From NCBI GenBank assembly GCA_030390025.1, contig CM059432.1, positions 140,804,001 to 140,868,000 of the forward strand: a DNA stretch of 64,000 nt. The letters run 5' to 3'. Source of the stretch: Squalus acanthias. Lineage: Eukaryota. The translations under genes were made by a program, and so were the position numbers. Each line of letters opens with the position of its first letter. The stretch's first letter is position 1. Positions 24,778 through 37,225 of the stretch are shown in pieces. The notes beneath the pieces were generated by a model, which was given only the letters and a program-made list of their open reading frames with translations, had not been told where the DNA came from and ran no database searches.

Positions 24778-25542
24778 GGGCCAAAAATTCGGCACTTGCC
24801 GGGTGAGTACGCGCTGTGTACTCACCCGTAAGGCGTCCTGAAGTGTCGGTTTCCTGCATGCACTGCGCATGCGCGGGAAACCGGAACTTCTGGTCTGGTG
24901 AAGGGGCGGTTCATAGGTGAACCGCGTGCGCGGTAGAGGCTGCGCGCACGCAGCAAACTTAGGTTTTTTTTCAGGTTTCTACGGGAGGGTAAGTATTGAA
25001 GAACCTGCGCTTTTAAAAAGGAGGCGCAGGACCCGTTTTCAACAAGGTAAGTGGTTAATTAATTATAATTTAAAAAATTTTTCAACAGGTTTATCTTTTT
25101 TAGATACTTTAAAGAAAGGTAAGTTTATTTTTAGCACTGTTAAAAAGTTTTTTAATTTTTTCAAAAATTTAAATTTTTGTTTAAAGTAGTTAATTTATTT
25201 AACTTATAGTTATTTTATAAATGTGATGGTTTAAAAAAAAAATTATTTTAAGTTTAGGTGTTGTTTTGGGGCCGATTTCAATTCACAGATTTGACAGGTC
25301 TTCCTGTCAAATCTATGAATGAAAGATGGTCTGCTGCCATTGGCTCTCCATGGCCCACATGATCCCAGGGGACGCATCGCACTAACTATGCCCCTGGGAC
25401 ACGCAAGCACTGCGCGCCGGCACTTGGAACAGGCCCAGGAGCTGAAGTTCCCATGGGCCCAGAAGTCAACGGCAGGCGCGGTAGGTAAGTGCGCGCGTGA
25501 TCCTTACCCCCGCGGCAAGCCGGAGAGGCAAATTTCAGGGTG
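24778..25542. mobile_element. Non-autonomous TIR element related to 22980-23638
   Basis: AAT flanks; shared CATTGG..GGCCCACRTGATCCCAGGGGAC motif; same architecture; right TIR degenerate. Confidence 0.65.
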
Positions 25543-25664
25543 AATATCTAAGGCAATTCACTTATTTTAATTTTTTTCAAGAACTTGTTTGTCAATTTTC
25601 GGGCACGTTCCAGAAGTGAGTTCGGCCGTCTGGCCATTCGAAAATGGAGTGGAGAAACCAGGAG

Positions 25665-25815
25665 TGAAAACAGAAAATGCTGGGAACACTCAGCAGGTCG
25701 GGCAGCATCTGTGGAGAGAGAAACAGAGTTACAGGTGAAAGGACATCGAGCTGAAACGTTAACTCTGTTTTTATTTCAGATTTCCAGCGTCCGCAGTGTT
25801 TTGCTTCTGTTTTAT
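25665..25815. mobile_element. Internally deleted, inverted-arm copy of the same Penelope-like repeat
   Basis: Left arm is the reverse complement of 47783-47860; centre GGTGAAAGGACATCGAGCTGAAACGTTAACTCTG. Confidence 0.6.
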
Positions 25816-26939
25816 CCAATCATGTTCTGTCCTGCTTTTAAAGTATTCTTAGTGAAGAGTTTGCATGAATGGAATTTTTCTTTTATAGCACTTTCAACAC
25901 GAGATATGAAAGCAAAGATTTAATGTATTGGCTGCCATTGTGGAATCCCTTTTAATGAGCAGAGGATGGAGAAAACACGTCAGCAATGTGCTAATTCTGC
26001 CCTCTTGAGGATCCCTGCTTATATTTGCTCAACCTTTGTTGGCCGTGCCTTCTGTTGCCTAGGCCCTAAGCTCTGGAATTCCCTGCCTAAACCTCACCGC
26101 CTCGCTACCTCTCTTTCCTCCTTTAAGATGCTCCTTAAAACCTACCTCTTTGACCAAGCTTTTGGTCACCTGCCCTAATTTATCCTTATGTGGATCGGTG
26201 TCAAAAAAAATGTTGGCCTTAAAATACTCCTGTGCAGCGCCTTGGGACGTTTTACTACGTTAAAGGCGCTATATAAATACAAGTTGTTGTTGTTGTTGTG
26301 ATCAGCAAGATTTCCTGGCTCCGTGTATCCTGACGTTGTTTCCCTGGAGATATGAAAGTCACACAGGATAGGTTTAGGATTTAGGGTTTAGGATGGTTTA
26401 GGATTTACAATTTTTTTTAATGAAGTGAGCATTGAAGCCACTGTGTCGGCCAATGAGCTTTGATGGGGTGGGACTTACAGCAGGGCTCACAGCAAACAGT
26501 CTATTTTACAGCAAACAAAGTCGATCTACTCAGCAAAATTGAAACAGAGTCTATTTAAACAGCAAGCAGCAAAAAAGAGTCTATTTAAACAGCGCACTGC
26601 AGCAAACCGTCTAGAGTCTGTTTAAACAGAGTCTCTACGAACTACAGCAAGCAGAACTCGTGACCGAAACTACAGCAAAGTCTTCCAATAAAAGCGGGGT
26701 TATTTCTCCAGCAAAATGCAGTGAGTGGAGGATAGTTACATACAAATGATGTGCGTAAAATCAATCCCAGTCACTCACAGCAGTGATTGATGGGGGAAAT
26801 TACCCAATCATCTCCATTCTGGTTGGGAATGGTGGTGTCACTGTACGCAGCCTTTTCTTTAAACAAGACTACCAAGAATTCTACATGTATTACATTGTCC
26901 TAAAGATTTTTTCCTCTTCTTTTAAAAAATATATAAAGC

Positions 26940-27610
26940 TTCCCCCTTGTCGTAGTGGGTGACGCGCACAGTTTGGTGTGGTACTGAGTTAGTTGGAATG
27001 ACAGTCAGGGGTGGTGCAATTGAACTTGAGAAGGAGAAAAATCAGCCCAGGTTCCTGCTCCTGATCGCTATCAGTGATCAATGCTGGAAAGTGTGCGGGG
27101 TAACATCTAGCCATAATGTAAAACGGGCGATATCCGATCAGCCGTCCGTTATAAACCTCTCCCAATTCCCCTTTCCATGGATCGCCCGTTATAAACCTCT
27201 CCCGATATTCCGTACCATGGATCGCTCATTATAAACCTCTCCCAATATTCCTTTCCATGGATCGCCCGTTATAAACCTCTTCCGATATCCCTTTCCATGG
27301 ATCGCTCATTATAAACCTCTCCCGATATTCCGTACCATGGATCGCTCATTATAAACCTCTCCCAATTCCCCTTTCCGTGGATCGCCCATTATACACCTTT
27401 CCCGATAGCCCTTCCGTTCATTGTACACTCTCACCTAAAGTTAAAATCGCACCCCCACCCCCGCAGGTGCGTGGAGACGTTAGTTGAAGACAAGATTTGC
27501 TTCAGTTGTAATGCCTCCCACGGTCAAACAGTTATCAGATGCTCACACGTGAAGAACAGCCAGTTTTAGGTGAGGCGCTGGAGGGCTCCTGGAGCCAGTA
27601 GGACTGTGAC
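26940..27610 (+). mobile_element. Old SINE-like family C, split by a MITE/minisatellite; another split copy at 35740-35870 plus 40612-40790, and a probable head fragment at 49325-49430
   Basis: Shared TTCCTGCTCCTGATCGCTATC..GCTGGAAAGTGTG and downstream TGTRATGCC..GCTCAC..AAGAAC. Confidence 0.6.
27148..27415. repeat. 40-bp minisatellite (~6.5 units)
   Basis: Unit RTTATAAACCTCTCCCRATWYYCCKTWCCATGGATCGCYC. Confidence 0.93.
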
Positions 27611-30343
27611 CCATCAAGTGTCAGTGCCTTCAGTCGAGGATGGGAGCACATTGGCAAGGAGATGAAACAAAACGTCAGTGTACTACAGGTGTGAGGGTCC
27701 ATCAATAGCCCCCCTCGGTAGTTAGCAGCGTTCTGTTTGACAGATCCCAAGAACTGTCCAGATTCCTGGAACATCTTATGCGTTTTCACTGAGGGAAAAC
27801 TCTCTAACTACAATCACTGAAGAGTGAGAAATACTCTGGAGAAAGCCACGAATTACTTTGCGTCAAAGCATGCTCATGTGCATGTCTGTTGGCAGTGAAA
27901 GGCACAAAAAAAAGATTTTATTGCGTGCTTCTTGCTCACTAGCAAATTTACAAAACTTTTTTTAAATGACTTTGTTTTGGCAAAAGATATTAATTTAACG
28001 GATGGGGATATTTTACCCACTGCTCATTATGTACAGCGACAGTCCCATTACCCTGCCTTCATTGTTAACACACATTTTGCTTCCAGTCTCAGCAGCAGGC
28101 TAATCCTCAAACTGTGAATCACCCAAAACTATTAACAAGAGGCAGCTGAGTCTCTCAGACGGTCGGAGAATTCTACCAACCCCCAAGTACACAGAAAGCA
28201 GCGCTTTCACAAGAGGTTATCGCATGTGTTTTGCATGGGATCAGCGGGCTGGGCGTGGGTCACAGCGGGATAACTCGGTCATCTGCCGAATAGTCCCCGC
28301 ACACTGATCACTTGCCAATTCGCCGCACTAACAAAGAGTGTCCGTCCCAATATAAATTGGGTCAACTTTTAAAAATCGATTTAAAAAGTCTCATTCTTGT
28401 TTACAGAGCTCTCCGTGGCCTCGCCCCCCTCCCTATCTCTGTAACCTCCTCCAGCCCGACAACCCTCAGAGATCTGCCACTGGCTCTTGCGCATCCCCTA
28501 TTTTCATCGCTCCACCATTGGCGGCCGTGCCTTAAGCTGCCCTCAGCTCTGGAATTCCCTCCCTGAACCTCTCCGCCTCTCCACCTCTCTCTCTTCCTTT
28601 AATTCACTGGTTAAAACCTACCGCTTGGACCAAGCTTTTGGTCACCTGTCCTAATATCTCTTGATGTGGCTCAGTGTCAAATTTTGTCTGATAATCGCGC
28701 CTCTGAAGCGCCTCGTGACGTTTTACTATATTAAAGGCGCTATATAAATGCAAGTTGTTGTTGTTGTAGAGGTGAAATTGATTCCATTGGCCTTTGTTTG
28801 TCAGGACTGAGAATGGTTAACGGCACTGACGGCGATAGTGCAGTGAGCAGCCACAGCTCAGGGCTGAAGTAAGCAGTGCCAAGCATGCTCAGACACTTTC
28901 TGCACACTTTGATGTATTGGAAATATAGCCAGGCCGTTTCTAAATCAAAGTTGTCTCTTTTAGCAGAGTTCACTAGGGGCAGACAACATCCACAGCAAAC
29001 AATTGTAGCTGTCTGTGCGCTGGAATCACTGGTGAATCTCATGCTGCCTCTCATTTCTCTCCAACCACCGCCCCCCCCCACACCAACCCCCCCCTGCCCC
29101 ACTCACCCCACATCATACGGCAGCTGCAAAGGGGTGTGCGTATGGGGCAGAGTTTCAATCGTGGTTACGGCCACAGCACGTGTGTGGCCAGAGGGAGGCC
29201 GTCAGTTGAGGCAAGAGGACCCCACCTTGTAACTTAATTAAGGACTTATAGCATTGCTCGCGTCAGTGAACTGTCGAACTGGGCTGTTCAACAAACACCA
29301 CTGGGAATCACAAATGCTCAGCATCAAAGCGCGGTTTTACCCCAACAGCTAGTCAACAGGATTATTTTCTACACAGCGAATTTGAATCTCATTTGTTCCA
29401 CTAATTGGAAAGCAGGGCCGACTATCACCGGGCTAGCAGCCACACAACAGCAACAACTTGCATTTAAACAGCGCTTTCAATATAGTAAAACGTCCCAAGG
29501 CGCTTCACAGGAGCGATTATCAGACAAGAATTTGACACCGAGCCACATCAAGAGATATTAGGACAGGTGACCAAAAACTAGGTCAAAGAGGTCGGTTTTA
29601 AGGAGCATCCTAAAGAGGAGAGAGAGGTGGAGAGGCGGAGAGGTTTAGGGAGGGAATTCCAGAGCGTAGGCAGCTGAAGGCACGGCCGCCAATGGTGGAG
29701 CGAAGGAAATCGGGGCTGCGCAAGAGGCTAGAATTGGGGGAGCGCTAGTATATCAGTGAGGCAGCGCTGGTGTTCACAGTGAAATATCACTTCCCGTACA
29801 CCACCAGAAGCACAGTGCCAGTGACAGAAAATACCAAGATCAGTAACTGGTGGCACTGGTCATTCCTTTCTGCAGGCAGGCTGAGTCTTTGATCAGTCCG
29901 TACACCGCGGTTATGTCTCAGCCGTGGCTCAGTGGGTAGCGCACTCCGCCTCTGAGTCAGAAGGTCGTGGAGTTCAAGTCCCACTCCCAAGAGACTTGAG
30001 CACAAAAATCTAGGCCGACGCTCCAGTGCCGGTACTGAGGGAGTGCTGCACTGCCGGAGGTGCCGAATTTCAGAGGAGGCATTAAACTGAGGCCCCCCGC
30101 CAATAATAAAGTGAGGCCTGTGCTTATTTCAGGCGGCTAGCGTTGTCACTTAAAAATAAAAGGCCCTGCTGAGTTTAGCAGTGGCCTGCGTACATGCACA
30201 GGAGTCTTTCCGCTGCTAAATATGTCATCGCTGCCCCCATTTACACTTGTAAAATGGGCACAATGATATTGAATTTAGACCCCCATTGTGTCCCATTGGG
30301 TATTAGAGCAATTCAATTGGATGCCTAGTGTGTATGATACATA

Positions 30344-32105
30344 GGGCTGGATTTTCTCAATGGGAAACTTTTGGAGGCGGGACTGCTGCTTGCCGGCTTT
30401 AAATCCCGCCTCCATCAGCTTCTGACCAACCAACGGGATTTTCCCCTGATTGACCTTGTTAAGCCCGCCCAGCGGGCTCAGCAGGCCAATTGGGGAGGAA
30501 GTCAGTGACAGAGCACGTCAACGTATGATGTGCCATCTGTCAAGATTTCTTGAAAGAAGAAATGTCAGCGTTTGAAATCTCTGTGAAGCTGTCAAACACT
30601 GACATTCTGTGTAGTTTGATGAGTCCTTGTGTTCAGGACTCATCAAACCTTTCAACTTTGCAGAAATCACTTGGCTGTTGGTTCGGAGGATCCAACAGCC
30701 AGTCTGTGAAATCTACAATGAAGATGTCGGGACTCCGGATCCACAACGGCTGAAGGCTGTAGGCAGAAACAACGGTAAGTGAACATTTTATAACACTTAA
30801 CACTCGCCTTACATACTTACTACTCCACACTTGCACCCATCACTCACCTCTACATCTCACTTTCAGACCCCTCCGACCCCCACAGACCTCCTTCTCGTCT
30901 CCTACACCCTGGAGGGGTTTACCGAGGTCAGGAAGCCTGCACTTCGGAGCTAAAAATAGGGATAATCCTATTTGATACAAAGCTAGGCGGCAGTGTCAGT
31001 TGCGAAGAGGATGTGAAGAGGCTTCAAGGGGATCTCGACAGGCTCAGTGAGTGGGCGAGAACATGGCAAATGGAATATAATGTGGATAAATGTGAAGTTA
31101 TCCACTTTGGTAGAAAAAACAGAAAGGCAGAGTATTTCCTAAATGATGAAAGATTGGGGAATGCAGATACTCAAAGGGACCTGGGTGTCCTTGTACATGA
31201 GTCACTGAAAGTGAATGTGCAGGTGCAGCAAGCCATTAGGAAGGCAAATGGTATGCTGGCCTTCATTACAAGAGGATTTGAGTACAGGAGTAAAGAAGTC
31301 TTACTCCAATTATATAGGGCCTTGGTAAGACCACACCTGGAGTACTGTGTACAATTTTGATCTCCTTACCTAAGGAAGGATATACTTGCCATAGAGGGAG
31401 TGCAACGAAGGTTCACGAGATTGATTCCTGGGATGGCGGGACTGTCGTATGAGAAGAGATTGAGTAAACTAGGCCTGTATTCTCTTGAATTCAGAAGAAT
31501 GAGAGGGGATCTCATTGAAGCATACAAAATTATTACAGGGCTTGATAGGATGGATGCTGGGAGAATGTTTCCCCTGGCTGGGGAGTCCAGAACCAGGGGC
31601 CACAGCCTCAGGATAAAGGGTAGGCCATTCAGGACTGAGATGAGAAGAAATTTCTTCACACAGAGGGTGGTGAATCTTTGGAATTCTCTACCCCAGAGGG
31701 CTGTGGAGGCTCAGTCATTGGGTATATTCAAAACAGAAGTCGATAAGGGCATCAAGGGATATGGCGATAGGGCCGGTGAATGGAGTTGAGGCAGAAGATC
31801 AGCTGTGATCTCATTGAATGGCGGAGCAGGCTCGAAGGGCCGAATGGCCTACTCCTGCTCCTATTTCTTATGTTGTTATGTTCTTATTTTCTGCCTGTTA
31901 ACTACCTGTTAACAAACAGTTAATAGGCTTTAATCCCTTTCCCGCCTCGAGGAGACGGGACCCGGGGCAGGACGGCTTCCCGCCTCCTGGCAACAGGGCA
32001 CGGAGGCGGGTTGGGGGCAGGTTTGCCAGCCGCCCCCACTTTCTGCAACTTTACCGGCAGTCCCGCCTCCATACCCGCCTCCTCGGGGCTGAGAAAATCC
32101 AGCCC
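30344..32105 (+). mobile_element. Harbinger-type MITE family B with a CR1 insertion
   Basis: TIR GGGCTGGATTTTCTC / GAGAAAATCCAGCCC; exact TSD ATA. Confidence 0.9.
30974..31886 (+). mobile_element. CR1 3' fragment inserted into a family-B MITE
   Basis: Starts at the DTK of FADDTK; ORF pieces at 31013 and 31400; TATTT on both sides; absent from the sister MITE at 14449. Confidence 0.9.
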
Positions 32106-32124
32106 ATAGAGTTACCACTTCAGC

Positions 32125-32670
32125 CAGGGTTGTCTTGGAGTTGTAGAATTATACAGCGCTTAAGGAGGCCATTCGGCCCATCGTGCCTGTGCCGGCTCTG
32201 TGAAAGAGCCATCCAATTAGTCCCACTCCCCCGGCTCTTTCCCCCATAGCCCTGCAATTTCTTTTCCTTTTCAAGTATTTATCCAATTCGCCTTTTGGAA
32301 GTTACTGTTGAATCCGCTTTCCAGGAATTGGAGATTAATCTCCAGGACACTTCCGCGAGTAACACTTCGGGAGAATAATCACAGTGACATTAAAAATAAA
32401 CTGTGCGTGATTTTTTTAAAATTCTTTCGGTTTATTAGTTATAACCATATTGGGGGCGGGATAAAATGGCTGCTTGACTGACATCATCCAATCAGGTAAC
32501 AGAGTCTGTTTGTATTCCAATTGGCCATGGGAAGGCGGAGCTTCACGGGGGATGGACGTGTCAGGCATCCAATGGCGGGAGAATGGGGGGGGGCGGGGCG
32601 GTTGGAAGGCGGGAGGTCATGTGATGAAACCTCCAGGAATACGTCCAATCAGAGTTGGTGAACCTGTTGA
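32125..32670. mobile_element. Possible decayed hAT (Blackjack-like) element containing a CR1 tail
   Basis: Ends CAGGGTTGTC ... GTTGGTGAACCTG; repeated TCCAGGA subterminal motifs. Confidence 0.35.
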
Positions 32671-34166
32671 TGTTCCTTTTCCCACCTATTGGCAATCGGT
32701 TTCTATCTCTCCTGTCCTCTAGCTGGACTCACACCGAGTTGGAAGGAGGGGGCCTCTGGCAGTCAATGCGTATGGACCGTAATTGTGACCTTCAGCGCGT
32801 CACCCAGTGCACGAAAACTAGCTGGTGCAGCTGGTTAGGGTTTTAATATCAGTGCCTGCGTCATTAGAGAGCTGGGTCTGATTCCAGCGCAAGGAAAGGC
32901 TTTTTTCCTCACTGACAGATTTTAAGAGTCTCAAGTGAGTTACATTTTGGCACCGAATCCCAGTTATTGTTTCTGAATCCCACTTAATGTTCCATACAGT
33001 TCTACAAATTGAAATCATGTTTTTTTCCCATTTGGAGCGCAAAACAGCATTGGAGAGTATTTATCTCGCGTGAACATGCATTCTGCATGACCAATAAATA
33101 AATATTCACATATCTGTTTTCATTTGAGCAAAACACCAAAGTGACTATTACGGCAGTGCTGTTCCGGTGAGATTATGATTCGGTTTAACGTACAGTAAAT
33201 ATCATCAACATCCCCTCAATAAAACAGCAACAAATCCTCAGGGCGTCATTAAAACACTGCCAACTGGGAAAGGCTGTTACTGCAGATCTAAGGCGGGGGG
33301 GGGGGGGAATTTACAGAGGTCTGAACCACTTTCAAAATATTATGATAGCAAACAGGGACAAACGCCATGGGTGAGATTGATGATCGCAAAGAGCGAGAGA
33401 ACTTGGCAACTTCCTTCAACATTTGTGGGGTAAACGTCACCCTGCCCCCCCTCCCCCCCTCCGTCACAGAGCTTTACGCAACAGGAGAGCATTCCAGGAA
33501 TTTGGGGGGTGCAAGTCATCGAGCCAGATCGCAACTTTCCATCCATTTGGGTCGCAAATTTCTGCGTTCAGTGAGTGTCATTTAACCTGGGGTGATAGTT
33601 GTATAATGGGGGGGGGGATATAGGATCAACCGCCCGTCATACAGCTCTCCCGATTTTCCTTGGCATGGCGTATCATGGACGTCCAAAAAAAGTCAATGCC
33701 GGCTTTAGTTCAATAGATATCGGGTGTGTTGACAATTTTCCACACTTCAATTGAGATAGCAACTCTCACAATACTCTCAAACAGTTCACACGTTTTGAGA
33801 TAAGTTGATTTAAAAAGAGAAACAATGCATTATTACAGTCTACTGCACAACGTGGTTATGCAGCTGAATGACATTTAATTTAAATCAATGTTATTGCAAG
33901 CTGGCTATTTAAAGCATGGGGTCGTGTTTTACAAGCATGCTCTCTTCCCAATTCGTCCTCAAAGTTTAATGAGCGGCCATCTAAACAGAGCATGTTTGGT
34001 GCAAACATTGCAGAGCAACCACATGTAGCAGAAATAATCAATGCCTTTATTTTTACCGGGATAGAGCATAGTAGATCAGCCATGATCTTAATGGCGGAGC
34101 AGGCGTGAGGGGCTATATGGCCTACCCCTGCTCTTAATCCTTGTGATCTTATGTTGTTGTGCATGG

Positions 34167-34737
34167 TGTCAGCCTTGGCTCGGTGGTAGCGCTCTCACAT
34201 CCCACTCCAGCGACTTGAGTCCCATAATCTAGACCAGTGCTGAGGGAGTGCTGCACTGTCGGAGGTGCCGTCTTTCAGATGAGACGTTAAACCGAGGCTC
34301 CGTCTGCCCCCTCAGGTGGACGTAAAAGATCCCACGGCCACTATTTCGAAGAAGATATGGGGAGTTCTCATGGTGTCCTGGCCAAAGTTCCCTTTAAATT
34401 TTTTATTGGGTGCGTGGCCCCTTTAACAGGCTGCGCGGCCCATTCAAATGTCCGGGCGTGCGCGGTTTTTCCCTTTAAAAGCTGGTGAGCCGGCTGCACG
34501 GGACCTCCAGAGCGCTACACTGCCGCTCAGCTTATTGGGCCTGGCCAATATTTACCCCACAACCAACATCACCAAAACAGATTGCCTGGTCATTTATCTC
34601 ACTACTGATTGTGGGAGCTTGCTGTGCGCAAATTGACTGCCGTGTTTCCTGCATTACAACAGTGACTACACTTCAAAAAGTACCTCATTGGCTGTAAAGC
34701 GCTTTGGGATGTCGTGAAAGGCGCTATAGAAATGTAA
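34167..34737 (+). mobile_element. Deu-type SINE carrying a hAT-type MITE
   Basis: SINE body interrupted at 34383-34537. Confidence 0.85.
34383..34537. mobile_element. hAT-type MITE (155 bp)
   Basis: Left end CAAAGTTCCCTTTAA; 8-bp TSD GTCCTGGC/GGCCTGGC; right TIR partly deleted. Confidence 0.7.
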
Positions 34738-35262
34738 ATAATTGGAAATTGGAAACTTCAAACAGCATCAGGTGCAAAGTCGATTTTGGTTATTTTTTGC
34801 TGGATGGTGTATTTTGGATAATTAAGTTACTGTGGTAAGTTTTCAGTGGAAATTAGTGTGGACTAAAGTTCATCAGCTCACCAAGCCTCTGTTCAGTTAG
34901 AATTGCCAAACCATTAAGTTACAATGTTACAGCTGCAGGGTAACATAGAGAGCGATGCTTGCCTCCAGTGACTTATCCTCTGCCATTTTTCTCTGTTATC
35001 CAATTGACTTTAATTGCTAAGCTTGCTCCAGCTGTGAATATTAAGCCATGCATGCACATGTGACGGTTTTTGTTTAACTCCCTCTTCACCGCTGTAATCC
35101 ATTCATGATCCCCTTCCAAGCTGCGACTGTTAATCAGGCAATTAAATGTGTGTCATTATTTATCCTATAGCCACGGGATCCTCCACTGTTAACGTAAAGG
35201 GAAGATCAAATCAGCTGCGAGGTGGATAAGTTCATGCTTACACTGAGGGGTGAATTGCTAAG

Positions 35263-35683
35263 TGTCAGTCGTAGCTCAGTGCATCGCACTCTCGCCTCTG
35301 AGTCAGAAGGTCGTGGGTTTAAGTCCCACTCCAGAGACTTGAGCACAAAATCCAGGCTGACACTCCCAGATGAGATGTTAAACCGAGACCCTGTCTGCTC
35401 TCTCAGGTGGATGTAAAAGATCCCAGGGCACTATTTTGAAGAAGAGTAGGGGAGTTCTCCCCGGTGTCCTGGGGCCAATATTTATCCCTCAACCAACATC
35501 ACTAAAACAGATTATCTGGTCATTATCACATTGCTGTTTGTGGGACCTTGCTGTGCTCAAATTGGCTGCCGCATTTCCTACATTGCAACAGTGACTACAC
35601 TTCAGAAGTACATCAGTGGCTGTAAAGTGGTTTGGGACGTCCTGAGGTTATGAAAGGCGCTATAGAAATGCAAGTTCTTTCAT
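35263..35683 (+). mobile_element. Deu-type SINE
   Basis: A/B boxes, Deu domain and tail. Confidence 0.85.
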
Positions 35684-35963
35684 TTTTCGAGAACATGTGA
35701 GTTCCCCCAAACTCACGGTGATGCTTGCACTGCCTGATGGAGACCTACAAATGGTGAAGCTCGCAGATTAGGGAATGAAAACAATCAGTTCAATGTTTCC
35801 TGCTCCTGATCGCTATCCACCGACCGTGCTGGAAAGTGTGTAAGCGTGGGCACAGAATGGAGACAAGATCCTAGGAATATAGGAACAGGAGTAGGCCATT
35901 GAGCCCCTCGAGTCTGTTCCACCATTCAATGAGATCATGGCTGATCTGTGACCTAACTCCATA

Positions 35964-36417
35964 AGCGGGAACAGTAGCATAGTGGTTATGTTACTGGACT
36001 AATAATCCAGAGGCCTAGCCTAATCATCCACAAGACGTGAGTTCAAATCCCACCACGGTAGCTGTGGATTTTAAATTCATGTTAGTTAAATAAATCTGGA
36101 ATAGAAAGCTAGTATAAAACTACCAGATTGGTGTAAAAACCCTTCTGGTTCAGTAATGTCCTTTAGGGAAGGAAAACTGCCATCCTTACCTATATGTGAC
36201 TCCAGACCCCCACAGCAATGTGGTTGACTCTTAGCTGCCCTCTGAAATGGGCCTAGCAAGCCATTTAGTTGTAACAAACTGCTACAAGAAACAATAATAA
36301 GACCAGGTGGACTGTGCAGTGGTTCACCACCACCTTCTCAAGGGCAATTAGGGATGGCCAATAAGTGCTGGCCTTGCCAGTGATGCCCACATCCAAGGAA
36401 CGAATAATAAAAAATAT
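35964..36417 (+). mobile_element. tRNA-derived SINE (family B) with a LINE-B 3' tail
   Basis: A-box TAGCATAGTGG at 35975-35985; B-box GTTCAAATCC at 36041-36050; last ~95 bp match the LINE-B end. Confidence 0.85.
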
Positions 36418-36442
36418 ATATACTCGCCTTTGCCCCATATCC

Positions 36443-37224
36443 GCGATGCTGAGGACCTCGTGGATAGCATGTTTAACCAGTTGGTCACACCGCAGGTAAA
36501 GGTTGCACAGGCAGAAAGAGAATGGGTGACCACCAGGCAGAGTAGTAGGCGCAGGCAGGTAGTGCAGGAGTCCCCTGTGGACATCCCCCTCTCAAACAGA
36601 TATACCGCTTTGGAAACTGTTGAGGGGGATGGCTTATCAGGGGAAGGCAGCAGCAACCAACTTCCTGGCACCAGGGGTGGTTCTGCTGCACAGGACGGGA
36701 GGAAAAAGAGGGGTAGAGCTATAGTGATAGGGGATTCTATTGTAAGGGGAATAGATAGGCGTTTCTGCGGCCGCAAACGAGACTCCAGGATGGTGTGTTG
36801 CCTCCCTGGTGCAAGGGTCAAGGATGTCTCAGAGCGGCTGCAGAACATTTTGGAAGGGGAGGGTGAACAGCCAGTTGTCGTGGTGCATATAGGTACCAAC
36901 GATATAGGTAAAAAACGGGATGAGGTCCTAAAAGCTGAATATAAGGAGTTAGGAGGTAAATTAAAAAATAGGACCTCAAAGGTAGTAATCTCAGGATTGC
37001 TACCAGTGCCACGTGCTAGTCAGAGTAGAAATAGAAGGATATTTCAGATGAATAAGTGGCTAGAGGAATGGTGCAAGGGGGAGGGATTCAAATTCCTGGG
37101 ACATTGGAACCGGTTCTGGGGGAGGTGGGACCAGTACAAATCGGATGGTTTGCACCTGGGCAGGACCGGGACCGATGTCCTTGGGGGAGTGTTTGCTAGT
37201 GCTCTGGGGGAGGGTTTAAACTAA
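36443..37224 (+). pseudogene. CR1 ORF1 esterase region, N-terminus lost
   Basis: VIGDS, CLPGA, HIGTND and SDGLH motifs; zinc finger absent. Confidence 0.9.
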
Positions 37225-37225
37225 A

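Noticed and set aside
17400..26407. Telomere-like TTAGGG/TTTAGG patches (17400, 17988, 26370)
   Set aside because: Too short and degenerate to call interstitial telomeric arrays.
27466..27575. Apparent exon (CCGCAG acceptor to GTGAG donor)
   Set aside because: The sequence continues the SINE-C element interrupted at ~27097.
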